A stretch of DNA of 64,000 bases, taken from contig CAVOIK010000015.1 of NCBI GenBank assembly GCA_963695895.1, forward strand, positions 38,400-102,399, written 5' to 3'. The notes below the pieces were generated by a model. It did no database searches. It saw only the letters and a program-made list of their open reading frames with translations, and was not told the DNA's origin. The DNA is from an uncultured delta proteobacterium. Its GTDB lineage: Bacteria > Desulfobacterota > BSN033 > UBA1163. Within the stretch, counting starts at the first letter, position 1. The number at the start of each line of letters is the position of its first letter. Position numbers and translations under genes: made by a program. Of this stretch, positions 20,508 to 30,504 are shown piece after piece.

Positions 20508-21641
20508 CTATCCTTGAAGCACCTGTTCGACGAGACGGAGCAGGAGGTTCTTGTTTTCTTCTGCCGAAAGAAGCCGGGCTGCTCGATGAGACTGTAACTT
20601 GTAATGGTCTATTTTGTTCTGATCCAAATTCCGTAGGCGCTCGGCCAACGCTTCAGGAGTGAAGTTATCAGCCACCACCCCTAAGTCATATTCCTTGACA
20701 ATCCGCGCCATCTCTGGTGAAGGCCCGACGGCAAGGGCGAGGCGAGCCTGAATGTATTCGAAGAATTTGTTGGGAAGGATGTGAAAATAGTTGAAGTTTG
20801 TAGGCGCGATGAGAGAAACACCGATATCAAATTGATGCAGGTACCGTGAGAGCGTTCTCATGGGTTGGGGTGGAAGGAAACGGACGCTGGGTCTCTTGGC
20901 GCCCAGTTTTTTCAAAAACTTGATATATCCCGGATTCGCAGGGATGAACATGAGATTGAGTTCAAAACGGTCGTCAAGAAAATCCATCATCCTGATCATA
21001 TGTTCTATCTTCCGTGACGGACCGGCAATCCCATGATGAATCAGGCGAATCTTTCTCTCCTGTTGATCAAATAGGTTGGGTTCGAGGTCTTCATAATCCG
21101 GGGCGCTCGTGATCACGAGAGGTTTGACTCCGGTGTCTTTCTCATAGGCCTCTGCAATGCCTGGACAGACCGTCGTCATGCCATGGACCCGCGGGATGTA
21201 TGTTTTGCAGAGATAGGTCGAGTATTCCTGAAAAAGGAGCCTCCACTGAAACACATCTTCGTATTGTCGCGGCGCGTACTCATGAGCATCGAAGATGACT
21301 TTACCTCCCCTGGCCAACCGTAACGCCACTGGCAGGGCATCGAGATCATTTGTAAGGAAGAGGTCTGCCCGGACATGCGATAGAGCCCTGAGGCAATACT
21401 GAATATGACTTTGTCCCCAGTACCAGCTTTCGTATCGCCGAGCGAGAAGTTTCAGGGCAGGCAGAAGAAGCCGTAATCTGTTGATCTCTTTCACGAGAGG
21501 AATGAACTCCACACCCTCGATGCCAGGATCAGCCAACCCAGCAGCAACAACACGGTAACGGTCGCGCAGAAAACGGATCTGACGGTTAACCCGGGGGTCC
21601 GTGGCCAGATTGGAAAATGAGAGGATAAGGATCATCTTCAT
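20508..21641 (-). CDS. uncharacterised GT-B-like protein, paralog B (intact, 377 aa)
   Basis: MKMILILSFSNLATDPRVNRQIRFLRDRYRVVAAGL...; C-terminal half GT-B-like (FFEYIQARLALAVGPSPEMARIVKEYDLGVV). Confidence 0.5.
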   Translation of the reverse strand: MKMILILSFSNLATDPRVNRQIRFLRDRYRVVAAGLADPGIEGVEFIPLVKEINRLRLLLPALKLLARRYESWYWGQSHIQYCLRALSHVRADLFLTNDLDALPVALRLARGGKVIFDAHEYAPRQYEDVFQWRLLFQEYSTYLCKTYIPRVHGMTTVCPGIAEAYEKDTGVKPLVITSAPDYEDLEPNLFDQQERKIRLIHHGIAGPSRKIEHMIRMMDFLDDRFELNLMFIPANPGYIKFLKKLGAKRPSVRFLPPQPMRTLSRYLHQFDIGVSLIAPTNFNYFHILPNKFFEYIQARLALAVGPSPEMARIVKEYDLGVVADNFTPEALAERLRNLDQNKIDHYKLQSHRAARLLSAEENKNLLLRLVEQVLQG

Positions 21642-21649
21642 ACGATGAC

Positions 21650-22788
21650 CTATGCTTCAAGAACTTGCCTGACGAGATCGGTCAAGATCTTCTTGTTCTG
21701 TTCTGAGGACAAGGTCCGTGCGATCTTGTGAGACTGCAACTTATAATAATTCACTTTTTCCCGATCCAACGCTAGAAGGCAACGCGCAAGCGCTACCGGG
21801 GTAAAATCCGGCGAGATGAGACCGAGGTCATGTTCTTTCACAATCCGAGCCATCTCCGGGGAAGGTCCGATCGCGAGGGCAAGCCGAGCCTGGATAAATT
21901 CGAAGAATTTGTTGGGTAGGCTATGAAGGGAATTGAAGTTGAGGGGTTCGAGAAGATGTACTCCTACATCGAAGGAATTGAGGACCCGAGGAAGAATTCT
22001 CATGGGGACGGGGAGGAGAAAATGGATGTTTGCCCTGCGTCGAGCCAAACCCTTCAGATGGTTGAGATATCTTGAGTCTGAACCGGTTAACATGAAGTTA
22101 AGTTCGAATCGGTCGTCCAGATCGTCCATCATTCTGATGATATTCTCCACCTTTCGAGGGGGGCTGGCAACGCCGTGATGAATGAGATGGATTCGCGTTT
22201 GGTCCTTCGAACGAAGCTGTGGTTGAATTTCCTCGTAATCGGTAGCACTGGTGATGACAAGCGGTTTGATCCCTGTATCGCGTTGATAGGCCTCGGCGAT
22301 CCCTTGACAGACGGTGGTCATCCCATGGACCTGGGGAATGTACTTTCGGCACAGATAGGTCGCATAATTTTGGAAGAGGAGCCTCCATGAGAGAACATCT
22401 TCGTATTCCCGCGGGTGCATACTCGTGGGCATCCAGGATCACCTTGGCCCCCTTTGGCCACTTTCAATGCCAGAGGAAGGGTTTGAAGGTCATTGGCCAG
22501 GATCAGGTCCGCATGGACGTTCGACAGTTTGTTGAATGCATCGATGACGTGCTTTTGCTGCCAGTACCAATGATCATACCGGTGGAATAGGATTTGAAGG
22601 AAGGCCAAAGGATTGGGAGAGCTCTTCTTCATTTTCGTGACAGGAATGAACTCCACGCCCTCCACCTCGGGATGAGCCAGACCGACAGCAATGACGCGAT
22701 ACGTGTCCCTGAGAAAGCGTATTTGACGATTGACCCGAGGGTCAGTGGCAAGGTTTGAAAAAGCGATAATGAGGATGGTCTTCGTCAT
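21650..22788 (-). pseudogene. uncharacterised GT-B-like protein, paralog C; two +1 frameshifts ~36 nt apart (~22411 and ~22447, the latter in a C5/G5 run)
   Basis: Minus-strand frames give ALKVAKGG / KVILDAHEYAP / REYEDVLSWRLLFQNYATY..., matching paralog B ALRLARGGKVIFDAHEYAPRQYEDVFQWRLLFQEY. Confidence 0.55.
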
Positions 22789-22828
22789 CTCTGAAGGAAT
22801 TCCCCTTTGAATCGGTGTGGCAAGTGTC

Positions 22829-24094
22829 TCAAGGCTTGTCCTCTCTGCGTCTCTGCTCTGACAAAGACTGGTATAGTCCAGTTAGCTTTCTTCCTTCTAT
22901 TGCCCAGTCGTATCGATGAGTAGCTGCCTCGTGACCACGCCGGCCACACTCTCTCTGAAGGGCAGGGTCGATATGAAGCATCAGGATTTGCTTGGCGAGG
23001 TCCTTTGGGTCACCAGCCTGGAAAACGAGGCCACTCTTTGTCTCCTCAACGATGCGTTTCAAAGGGCGGCAGCTGCTCACCACCACCGGTTTGCTCATGA
23101 GCATGTATTGAAAGAGCTTATGAGGGACCGTGGCATCTGTGTGGGGATTCTGGTGGTGAGGAACCAAGCCGACGTGACTTGCCTCGATATAACTTGGGAC
23201 CTTATGAAATGGCTGCCACCCGATGATCTCCACATGATCCTGGACTCGTTGGGTCTCGGCAATCATCCGATATTCGTCACTCTCTTGGCGGCCGATACCG
23301 ACCAACACAAGTTTCACCTGTGAGGTCGACTCGCGCAGATAGGGCATCGCTTTGATAGCAGTATCCAGTCCGCGATGTTTCCCGCCGCCCCCAATGTAAG
23401 AGATGACGAAAGAATCCTTGTAGCGGGTCAGAATGTCTTGATCCAAGTCTAGACTCTTGAAATAGTCTGCGTCCTCCACGTTCATGACGACCGTAATTTT
23501 CTCCGGTTCAAGGCCATAGTCCTTTATCAATCGCTCCTTTGCTTCATCGACGACGACAACCACGTGAGTGGCAGAACGGACCACCCTTCGTTCGTAAGGG
23601 ACCCAACGCCTTGGATGGGGTGTGAGCCACGATCTGGAACTTGGGTCAGCCTCAATAGAGAGTCTGAGGGAGGCTGGATAATTCTCGTGGAGGTCCGCCA
23701 CCAGTGGAATGCCAAGCCTTTGGCTGACTTCCAGAGCTGTCCCCACGAGGGGGAGGTCGTGGACATGAAGGGCATCGAGCTCGAAGTCTCGGACATATCG
23801 CTCGATGTGGGATGCCCAATAGGGGTTTGTGAAGGTGAGGTAAAAGCGAAGAGAATTCAGGCATCGGCGAGCCGTTTGTAGCTGATCCGGTTCCCTGAGG
23901 ATGCGGCGAACCCTGAGACCTTCGATCTCCTCTTCGGGACGTTCATCTGCCTTTCCTGACCGGTAAGCGAGAAGATGGAGTTGATGGCCAGCGGAGAGAA
24001 GTGTCCGTACCTCCTTTTCAATGCGGATATCCGGTGGAAATTTGTTCCCGAGCACCATTCCGATCTTCATGATCAAGCCTTCCAATTTCTCCAA
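22829..24094 (-). CDS. glycosyltransferase family 4 (GT-B)
   Basis: 421 aa intact; ...GGGGKHRGLDTAIKAM...LVLVGIG; C-terminal GT4-like motifs. Confidence 0.6.
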   Translation of the reverse strand: MEKLEGLIMKIGMVLGNKFPPDIRIEKEVRTLLSAGHQLHLLAYRSGKADERPEEEIEGLRVRRILREPDQLQTARRCLNSLRFYLTFTNPYWASHIERYVRDFELDALHVHDLPLVGTALEVSQRLGIPLVADLHENYPASLRLSIEADPSSRSWLTPHPRRWVPYERRVVRSATHVVVVVDEAKERLIKDYGLEPEKITVVMNVEDADYFKSLDLDQDILTRYKDSFVISYIGGGGKHRGLDTAIKAMPYLRESTSQVKLVLVGIGRQESDEYRMIAETQRVQDHVEIIGWQPFHKVPSYIEASHVGLVPHHQNPHTDATVPHKLFQYMLMSKPVVVSSCRPLKRIVEETKSGLVFQAGDPKDLAKQILMLHIDPALQRECGRRGHEAATHRYDWAIEGRKLTGLYQSLSEQRRREDKP

Positions 24095-25539
24095 CGGCGG
24101 AGTTGGGAACGTAGCAGTCCTTTGAGCGCCTCGAGTTCCTCTTTTTCATAGAACCGAATGGCGTAAAGGAAGAACGGATAAGCAAAAAGCAGAAGGCATT
24201 TCAGTCCGATATTGAGCCATAAGAAAGGGGTCTCGATCAGCAGACTCACGCCGTAGGTGCCCCCCCATGTCAGGGCGAGCTTTGCCATTCGCCCGTATTC
24301 GTATCGAATATAGTAATAATGCAGATTGACCAGAGTCTGGACGATGACAAGGAAGAGGTAGGAAAGAATTGTCGCCCAGGCTGCCCCAATCATGCCGTAA
24401 GGAGGAATGAGGACGTAATTGAGGCCGAGATTGAGCAGGGCAGAACCCACGATGATGGGTGGAACGTAATAGTTTTTGTTCAAGATAGCGAGACCGGTGT
24501 TCGTCATATGACGCACCCCAGAAAAGATGTACGAGAGAGCGATTAAAGGGACGACAGCAGCGGCCGGATAGAATTTGGGAGTCGTCATGATCATGAGCAA
24601 CTCCTTGGCCAAGAGCGACAATACCATGGCGAGGAATCCAAAGGCCAGGAGATAGTAGGTCAGAATTCTGGCAAATTGGTGCTTGGCGTTCGGTTGTTTT
24701 GCAATCGCGAATCGGTGAGGGGGCCAGGCAAGCTGAAAGGCCTGCTCCACCAGGTTCATGATCATCCCAATATTGTAACCCAGGGAATAAAGACCCACCT
24801 GAGCGATTGTCGAGAAATGTTTTAAGAAGTAACGGTCTGCCATCGTGAGGAGAAGACTGGACAGGCCAACAGGGACCAGAGGAATTCCGAACCTGAGCAT
24901 TCTGCGGAGGATGAGTATTGAAAAGGTTCGCCGAAGGTCCTTTGCCATGAGGACGAAGTAGAGGGATGCGAATAGAGCATCTGTAATCAGCGCGGCAACG
25001 ATCAGACCTTCAACCCCCCTGCGAAGAACGGCGATATAATAGAGATTGAGAAGGATGCCAACCGTGAATCGTGCCACCGAGAGCAGGGAGTAGAGTGATG
25101 ATTGGGCTCGAGCGCGCAACCTTGCATTGAAGACAACATCCACTACCCCCACCCAATCCGCCAGAAACACCAGACGAAGGAGATAGACCCGATCCATCGT
25201 ACCAAAGACCAAATTGGAAAGCCCAGGAGAGATGAGGATCAGGGTCCCAAAAAAGAGTGCCGATTCTCCCAGAAGGAAATAGAGCGTGGTGCTCTCCACC
25301 GTTTGTTCGTCGGATCCTTCGTAGATGATCTCGCGAAAAAATGCAGAGCCCAAGCCGAGCTGGGCCACGATCGTTGCAAGACTGCTGGTAACGGTGAGGA
25401 GAGAAAGGATACCATAATCGGCAGGGGTCAGAAGACGAGTATAGACGGGTAACAAAAAAAAACCGATCAGCTTATTCAGCGTCCCTCCAAGCCCGTAGAC
25501 GATAGAGTGTTTCGTCAGATGTTTGATAGTTTCAAGCAT
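24073..25539 (-). CDS. Wzx-type polysaccharide/O-antigen flippase (MOP superfamily)
   Basis: 488 aa, ~12-14 hydrophobic segments, N-terminus ...HSIVYGLGGTLNKLIGFFLLPVYTRLLTPADYGI, typical of polysaccharide biosynthesis protein/Wzx. Confidence 0.65.
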   Translation of the reverse strand: MLETIKHLTKHSIVYGLGGTLNKLIGFFLLPVYTRLLTPADYGILSLLTVTSSLATIVAQLGLGSAFFREIIYEGSDEQTVESTTLYFLLGESALFFGTLILISPGLSNLVFGTMDRVYLLRLVFLADWVGVVDVVFNARLRARAQSSLYSLLSVARFTVGILLNLYYIAVLRRGVEGLIVAALITDALFASLYFVLMAKDLRRTFSILILRRMLRFGIPLVPVGLSSLLLTMADRYFLKHFSTIAQVGLYSLGYNIGMIMNLVEQAFQLAWPPHRFAIAKQPNAKHQFARILTYYLLAFGFLAMVLSLLAKELLMIMTTPKFYPAAAVVPLIALSYIFSGVRHMTNTGLAILNKNYYVPPIIVGSALLNLGLNYVLIPPYGMIGAAWATILSYLFLVIVQTLVNLHYYYIRYEYGRMAKLALTWGGTYGVSLLIETPFLWLNIGLKCLLLFAYPFFLYAIRFYEKEELEALKGLLRSQLRRWRNWKA

Positions 25540-25543
25540 GGTC

Positions 25544-27232
25544 TTATGCTAATCGAGATACCCCAAGGCTTTTCAATTTGTCCTTTATCTCTGACTCCTG
25601 TTCTGGAGTGTAAGTCATCTCTCCCTCTTGCGAGAGCATGGACGTGCCTCGGCGGTCCGATAACCTCAAAGGATCCAGTCCCTGGTCGAAAATATCCAGC
25701 ACCCTCCCATCCATCTCCGGGGTGAGGGGAATCCCGACGGTGTAGGTAGCGGTGGGAGCGACATCAACGATATGGGCTCTTCCAAGGGAATGATTTTGGC
25801 GGATCCCGGGTCCCCAGGCGATGAAGATCCCGTCTCTCTTGTGGGCACCCGTGGTCACCAAGGAATCGCGGAACACCTCACGGGTGAAATAGGACGGATG
25901 GGGGTTGCCCACATCCATAAAGGTGATGAGATCCGGGGCTAAGTGTGCGAAGGGTCCGTGATAAACCTCGCTGCCCTCACGGAGATCTGTAATCACGGGC
26001 TTTCCGTTGTGGGGGAATCGCAAACCGAGAAGCTGCTCTCTCAGATCGTTGAGAATCTTCTGGCTTTCTTTCCCCGGGGACACGATTCCTTTGGGCTCAC
26101 GTCCTTTTCTGTTGATTCGAACCCCGTAGTGATCGGTGAACGCCTGGGTACGATCCCAATCTACCCTCTCCTCGGCCACCCACTGTGCGATCTTCTGTTG
26201 GTAATGACGGGGATCACTTGCTTTAAGACTCTGTTGTTTTCTCTTGCGGTTGAGCCGGACCAGGCGGTTGTAGACGGCCTCTGTGCCAGGGATTTTTCTG
26301 ATCAGCGCTTTGACCGGGTTCTGCTTTTCCGAGAGAATGGGGGTCTTAAGGGTTAGAAACCCTCTTTCTTCGAGAAACTTGTTCAAGTAGAAGATCTTTT
26401 CGAGTGGGCCTGCCCCGTGATCGGAAACGACAAAGACCTGGGTGTCAGAGGGTCGTGCTTCTGTGATGATCCGTACTGCTTCGTCCAGTGCCTCATAGGT
26501 TCTCGGAATCACCCGATTCAAGGAGGAATCCTTTTGATGATGAAAGAGGTGGGATTTGTCCATCTCCGCCCAGAAGTGATGCTGGACCCGATCCAACTCC
26601 GTGAAGACGACCATAAAGAAGTCCCAGGTTTCCTTTTCCATCAGGAATTGAGCTGCCTGGGTGCGAGCTTGTATCGTGTCAAAGAGAGCCTCTGCATAGG
26701 CTCCTTTGCCGGCAGTGCTTTCGAGATCAAAATCGAATGGAGAAACTTCGGTCACATAATTTGGAACCACCTTTAGCAATTCCTGTTGGAATTCCGGCGG
26801 AAAGGTGAACCTCGCTCCCTGAGGAGTGAGCATTCCAGAGATGATCGTGCCGTTGATCGGATAGGGTGGGAATGAGATGGGTTCGTTGATCAGCACACTG
26901 GACTTCCCATACTCTGAAAGCAGACGGGGGAGAGTCTTTGCTCTCACGGTGGTGGAGTTGGGCAATTGGAACCGATAATTGTTTTGATCATCCCGCACCC
27001 CAAACCCAAACACCCCATGTTTCCCTGGATTGACTCCTGTCATGCAGGATGTCCACGCCGGCGCGCTGTGCGGAAAGGCAGTCGACTCCAGGACCGCTCT
27101 CGTTCCTTCACGGAGCAGCCGCTCGATCGTTGGCAACTTGCCTTCGCTGATCAAAGGTTCGATGACCTCAAAGGTCGCTCCATCCAGTCCAATCACCAGA
27201 ATTCGTCCCATCATCTTCCTCTTTGCCGTCAA
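25544..27232 (-). CDS. alkaline-phosphatase-superfamily protein (type I phosphodiesterase/nucleotide pyrophosphatase-like, PF01663-type), paralog 1; probable 1-nt indel at C-terminus (~25556)
   Basis: 562 aa ...ILVIGLDGATFEVIEP...VVSDHGAGPLEK...; no signal peptide. Terminal codons read ...KLKSLGVSRLA*; removing one G of ggggta gives ...KLKSLGYLD*, matching the LGYL tail of the paralogs. Confidence 0.55.
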   Translation of the reverse strand: MTAKRKMMGRILVIGLDGATFEVIEPLISEGKLPTIERLLREGTRAVLESTAFPHSAPAWTSCMTGVNPGKHGVFGFGVRDDQNNYRFQLPNSTTVRAKTLPRLLSEYGKSSVLINEPISFPPYPINGTIISGMLTPQGARFTFPPEFQQELLKVVPNYVTEVSPFDFDLESTAGKGAYAEALFDTIQARTQAAQFLMEKETWDFFMVVFTELDRVQHHFWAEMDKSHLFHHQKDSSLNRVIPRTYEALDEAVRIITEARPSDTQVFVVSDHGAGPLEKIFYLNKFLEERGFLTLKTPILSEKQNPVKALIRKIPGTEAVYNRLVRLNRKRKQQSLKASDPRHYQQKIAQWVAEERVDWDRTQAFTDHYGVRINRKGREPKGIVSPGKESQKILNDLREQLLGLRFPHNGKPVITDLREGSEVYHGPFAHLAPDLITFMDVGNPHPSYFTREVFRDSLVTTGAHKRDGIFIAWGPGIRQNHSLGRAHIVDVAPTATYTVGIPLTPEMDGRVLDIFDQGLDPLRLSDRRGTSMLSQEGEMTYTPEQESEIKDKLKSLGVSRLA

Positions 27233-28629
27233 AGGTATCCGAGCGCTTTGAGCTGCTGAATCGTAACGTCATTTTCTTCCTTTGATGATTTCGCCCCTCG
27301 TTCCTTTCCAAAGTCTCGAACGGTCTTGAAGAGCGTCTGGCGGAGGCTGTCTGCTATCGCGGGAAGGCTGTTGCCGATGTTATTTTGTTCTTTCGGGTCC
27401 TTTGCGAGATCATAGAGCTCTTCATGTCCATTCGAAGAAACGATATATTTATGCCGAAGGGTACGGATACTCTTGTATCCTTTCTTATAAACGGAATAGT
27501 CAAAATCGGGTGTCATTCTCCGGAAATAGTTGAAGACCCCCGGGGGGGCTTGGTATTCGGCGACCACGAAGTTCCTGCCTTCAGGGTTATTAGACTGACG
27601 ATCTGGAAACAAATAAATCCCTTGGCGGGAAGAATCAGATGGCGGCGGAAGGGCGGCTAACCCTAAAATCGACGGCATAACGTCGACCATCGATGCCAGG
27701 GTTGAAACCCGTTCTCCGTGAGGGATCGATCTGGGGTAATGCCAGATCATCGGGATCCGTATGAGAGAGTCGTAGAGACAAAATTGATGATACATGAGTC
27801 CGTGGTCCCCGAGGTTTTCGCCGTGATCAGCAAGCAAGAGGATCAAGGTATCCTCTAACAGATCCTCTGCCTGCAAGAGGACAAACAGCTTGCCAAGGAG
27901 CTCGTCCAAGTAGGTAATCTCACCATCGTAAAGACATTCCAATCCTGTGAATTCATCTTCTGTCACCTCCATCTGGCGGGCCATGAATCGATAGCCATCC
28001 CGGGTCGACAGGTCCTTAAGTTTCTTGGTCATCTGAAAGTTCGTTGGGCTGGCGGCATGACGGTTCAAAAACCTCGTTGGAGGATCATAAGGTGAATGTG
28101 CGGTATTCATGTTTGCAAAAATGAAGAAGGGCATCGAAGGGTCATGCTCTTTGATCCATCTCCGAATTTGTTCGTAAGTATATCGCGTTATTGGATCATC
28201 GAGACGCAGGAAGGAACGTATCTTAGCTTTCCATTTGGGAGTCAGCCGTCCCGTTTGATCCAATTTCCAGGCTTCAACATATTCATCAAACCCTCTATTG
28301 AACCCTTTCGTGACGCTGAGTTGGGGAATGGAACTGATGCCAAGGGTCCGATAACCTGCGTCTCGAAGAATTTCGACGAGGGTTTTATCGGACACGTCCA
28401 GAACCGAATCTCCTGTGTAGACACCGTGAAAGGAGGGATAAAGCCCCGTAAAGAGAGATGCGTGAGACGGGGGAGTCCAACATGAAGTGGAAAATGCATT
28501 CTCAAACAGAATTCCTCGCGTGCTCAGCCTGTCGATGTTTGGGGTAGTCTTCTTTCCGTAGCCGTAACATGACAGGTGATCGAAGCGAACGGCATCTAAC
28601 ACAACGAGTAGAATGTTGGGTCGTTTCAA
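27229..28629 (-). CDS. sulfatase-family (AP superfamily) protein with non-canonical active-site motif
   Basis: 466 aa MKRPNILLVVLDAVRFDHLSCYGY...STSCWTPPSHASLFTGLYP (C-x-P-x-R replaced by C-W-T-P-P-S-H; Arg to His), ...LLADHGENLGDHG; ends ...QQLKALGYL*. No signal peptide. Confidence 0.55.
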   Translation of the reverse strand: MKRPNILLVVLDAVRFDHLSCYGYGKKTTPNIDRLSTRGILFENAFSTSCWTPPSHASLFTGLYPSFHGVYTGDSVLDVSDKTLVEILRDAGYRTLGISSIPQLSVTKGFNRGFDEYVEAWKLDQTGRLTPKWKAKIRSFLRLDDPITRYTYEQIRRWIKEHDPSMPFFIFANMNTAHSPYDPPTRFLNRHAASPTNFQMTKKLKDLSTRDGYRFMARQMEVTEDEFTGLECLYDGEITYLDELLGKLFVLLQAEDLLEDTLILLLADHGENLGDHGLMYHQFCLYDSLIRIPMIWHYPRSIPHGERVSTLASMVDVMPSILGLAALPPPSDSSRQGIYLFPDRQSNNPEGRNFVVAEYQAPPGVFNYFRRMTPDFDYSVYKKGYKSIRTLRHKYIVSSNGHEELYDLAKDPKEQNNIGNSLPAIADSLRQTLFKTVRDFGKERGAKSSKEENDVTIQQLKALGYL

Positions 28630-28773
28630 GTCTCGCTCCTGCTCCAGAACTCGAAAGGGGATCTCATCCTCCGTTGAATCAATAAGGAAACCCTTTCTCT
28701 TTCAATTCAATTGAAACTATGGGTGACTGGGGTGATACGACAACCATTTTTATTCTTCACCCTCATCCAGAGC

Positions 28774-30495
28774 CTAAAGATAACCCAAATCCTCTAGTTT
28801 TTTCGCCATCTTAATCTCATCATCGGGTAATACGGTTTGATCGAGTGCCGCAGACTCTGAGACCTCGCTTTGCTGAACAGGGTGTTCAGCAAGAAAGTCC
28901 GGCCGAAACATCTCTCGAGTCACGGATCCGTCCACGTCTCGAGGCGCTGGAACGCCCAAGGTGTAAAGGATCGTTGGGGCGAGATCCGTGATGTCGGTCG
29001 TTTTCAGGTTCCCTCCTTGTCTAATGAAAGGTCCCTTCGCAATCAAGATGCCATCTCTTCGATGGTTTCCGGATCGAAAACGTTCCGGCTCCATGACGAT
29101 CCCCTCTCGGTCTAAGAAGGGGTAAAAATAGCAACCCACGGTTTCAGATAAGGGAATCAGATCGGGTGCTTCATCGAGGGACGATCCATGATAAATCTCT
29201 TCTTTTCGGAAGACACGGTCGAAGAGCTTCAGCCCGTGTGCATCGGTTAAAGCGAGAAGTTCCTTTGCGATAGCTTCACGGACTTCCTCATACTCCTGAC
29301 CAGGAGCCACCGTTCCCTGCGGTTCGCGGCCACGGAGGTTGATGCGGATCAGACCGGTTGTCCCGACGGAGTATGCCCGAGTCTTCCTCCAGTTCATGCC
29401 TCCCAACATGTGGTGGTAACCCCGGGGATTCAGAAAGTTGGACCATACTGGGAATCGGGATAGGATCCGCCTGAGGACGTGTAACATTCCATGCTGCAAA
29501 GTTAAGGGAAGGATGACCCCGAGGATCAAACTAAATCTTCTCATGACCTGACCGGTCATCCCATCAGAAGCAAGACCCAACCTTGACAGTAGGATCTCGG
29601 AGACGTCCCAGCCGATTCGGGTGAGAGGGGGATGGAGTTTCAGCATCCCCCTCTCTTGAAGCCACCGATTAATATGGAAGGTATAGCGATTTGGGCCAAA
29701 GCCATGGTCGGACATGACGAGGATTGTCGTAAGATCATGATCGACCTGGCTCAATAGTCTGCCGATAGCTTGGTCCACCTCTGAAAATACTTCGAGAAGT
29801 CCATCTCCATACTTGGCTGCGCTGTCTGAGTCATACTGAGGGTGACTGGGATCCACGAACCTCCAGAGGGCGTGCTGGATTACGTCCGTGGCATAGAAAT
29901 GGACCATAAAAAGGTCCCATCTCTCTTTGATCAGTACCTCAGCAGCTCTCAGACGCTCTCTCACCATTTTTTTTAAGTCGGCAATCAGGTCCCCGTATCT
30001 GCCTTCATATTTGGGAAGCCGAACGCTGATCCGATACTGATGTCTGTCCAGATGGAATTGTTCGAAGAGATACGGGGGATGGGTAAATCCCTGGCTGTCG
30101 ACATGAGGAGCGGGGATTCCTGCAATCGTTAGAATATTCGGGTCTTCTTCAGCAGGATAGGTCATTGGAACATTGATGATGATGGACTTTTTCCCATGGC
30201 GACTGAGCTGTTTCCACAATGAAATACCTTTCACCTGGAGGCGGGTCACCGTGCGGACAAGATAGGATTTGTTTTGGCACGAGAAAAAGTCATAGATTCC
30301 TGTATTGGAAGGGTCCCTGCCAGTCGCAAACGCTGACCAGGCGGCACTGGTGATCACAGGAAGGGTAGATCGCAGGATACCTGAAACACCCTCGCGCTGC
30401 ACCCTAGCGAGGTTCGGAAGAGCGCCCTGATCGATCCAAGGTTGAAGAAGTGTCCATGTGGCTCCATCGAGAGCCGAGACAAAAACCTTGTTCAT
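28774..30495 (-). CDS. alkaline-phosphatase-superfamily protein (PF01663-type), paralog 2
   Basis: 573 aa MNKVFVSALDGATWTLLQP...ILVMSDHGFGPNRY...; ends ...KKLEDLGYL*. Confidence 0.55.
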   Translation of the reverse strand: MNKVFVSALDGATWTLLQPWIDQGALPNLARVQREGVSGILRSTLPVITSAAWSAFATGRDPSNTGIYDFFSCQNKSYLVRTVTRLQVKGISLWKQLSRHGKKSIIINVPMTYPAEEDPNILTIAGIPAPHVDSQGFTHPPYLFEQFHLDRHQYRISVRLPKYEGRYGDLIADLKKMVRERLRAAEVLIKERWDLFMVHFYATDVIQHALWRFVDPSHPQYDSDSAAKYGDGLLEVFSEVDQAIGRLLSQVDHDLTTILVMSDHGFGPNRYTFHINRWLQERGMLKLHPPLTRIGWDVSEILLSRLGLASDGMTGQVMRRFSLILGVILPLTLQHGMLHVLRRILSRFPVWSNFLNPRGYHHMLGGMNWRKTRAYSVGTTGLIRINLRGREPQGTVAPGQEYEEVREAIAKELLALTDAHGLKLFDRVFRKEEIYHGSSLDEAPDLIPLSETVGCYFYPFLDREGIVMEPERFRSGNHRRDGILIAKGPFIRQGGNLKTTDITDLAPTILYTLGVPAPRDVDGSVTREMFRPDFLAEHPVQQSEVSESAALDQTVLPDDEIKMAKKLEDLGYL

Positions 30496-30504
30496 TCAAA
30501 TTCC

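Noticed and set aside
19366-22788. Tandem paralogs considered as remnants of an IS or duplicated mobile element
   Set aside because: They encode full-length GT-B-like proteins collinear with each other, with no terminal inverted repeats or transposase. This is gene-family expansion, not a mobile element.
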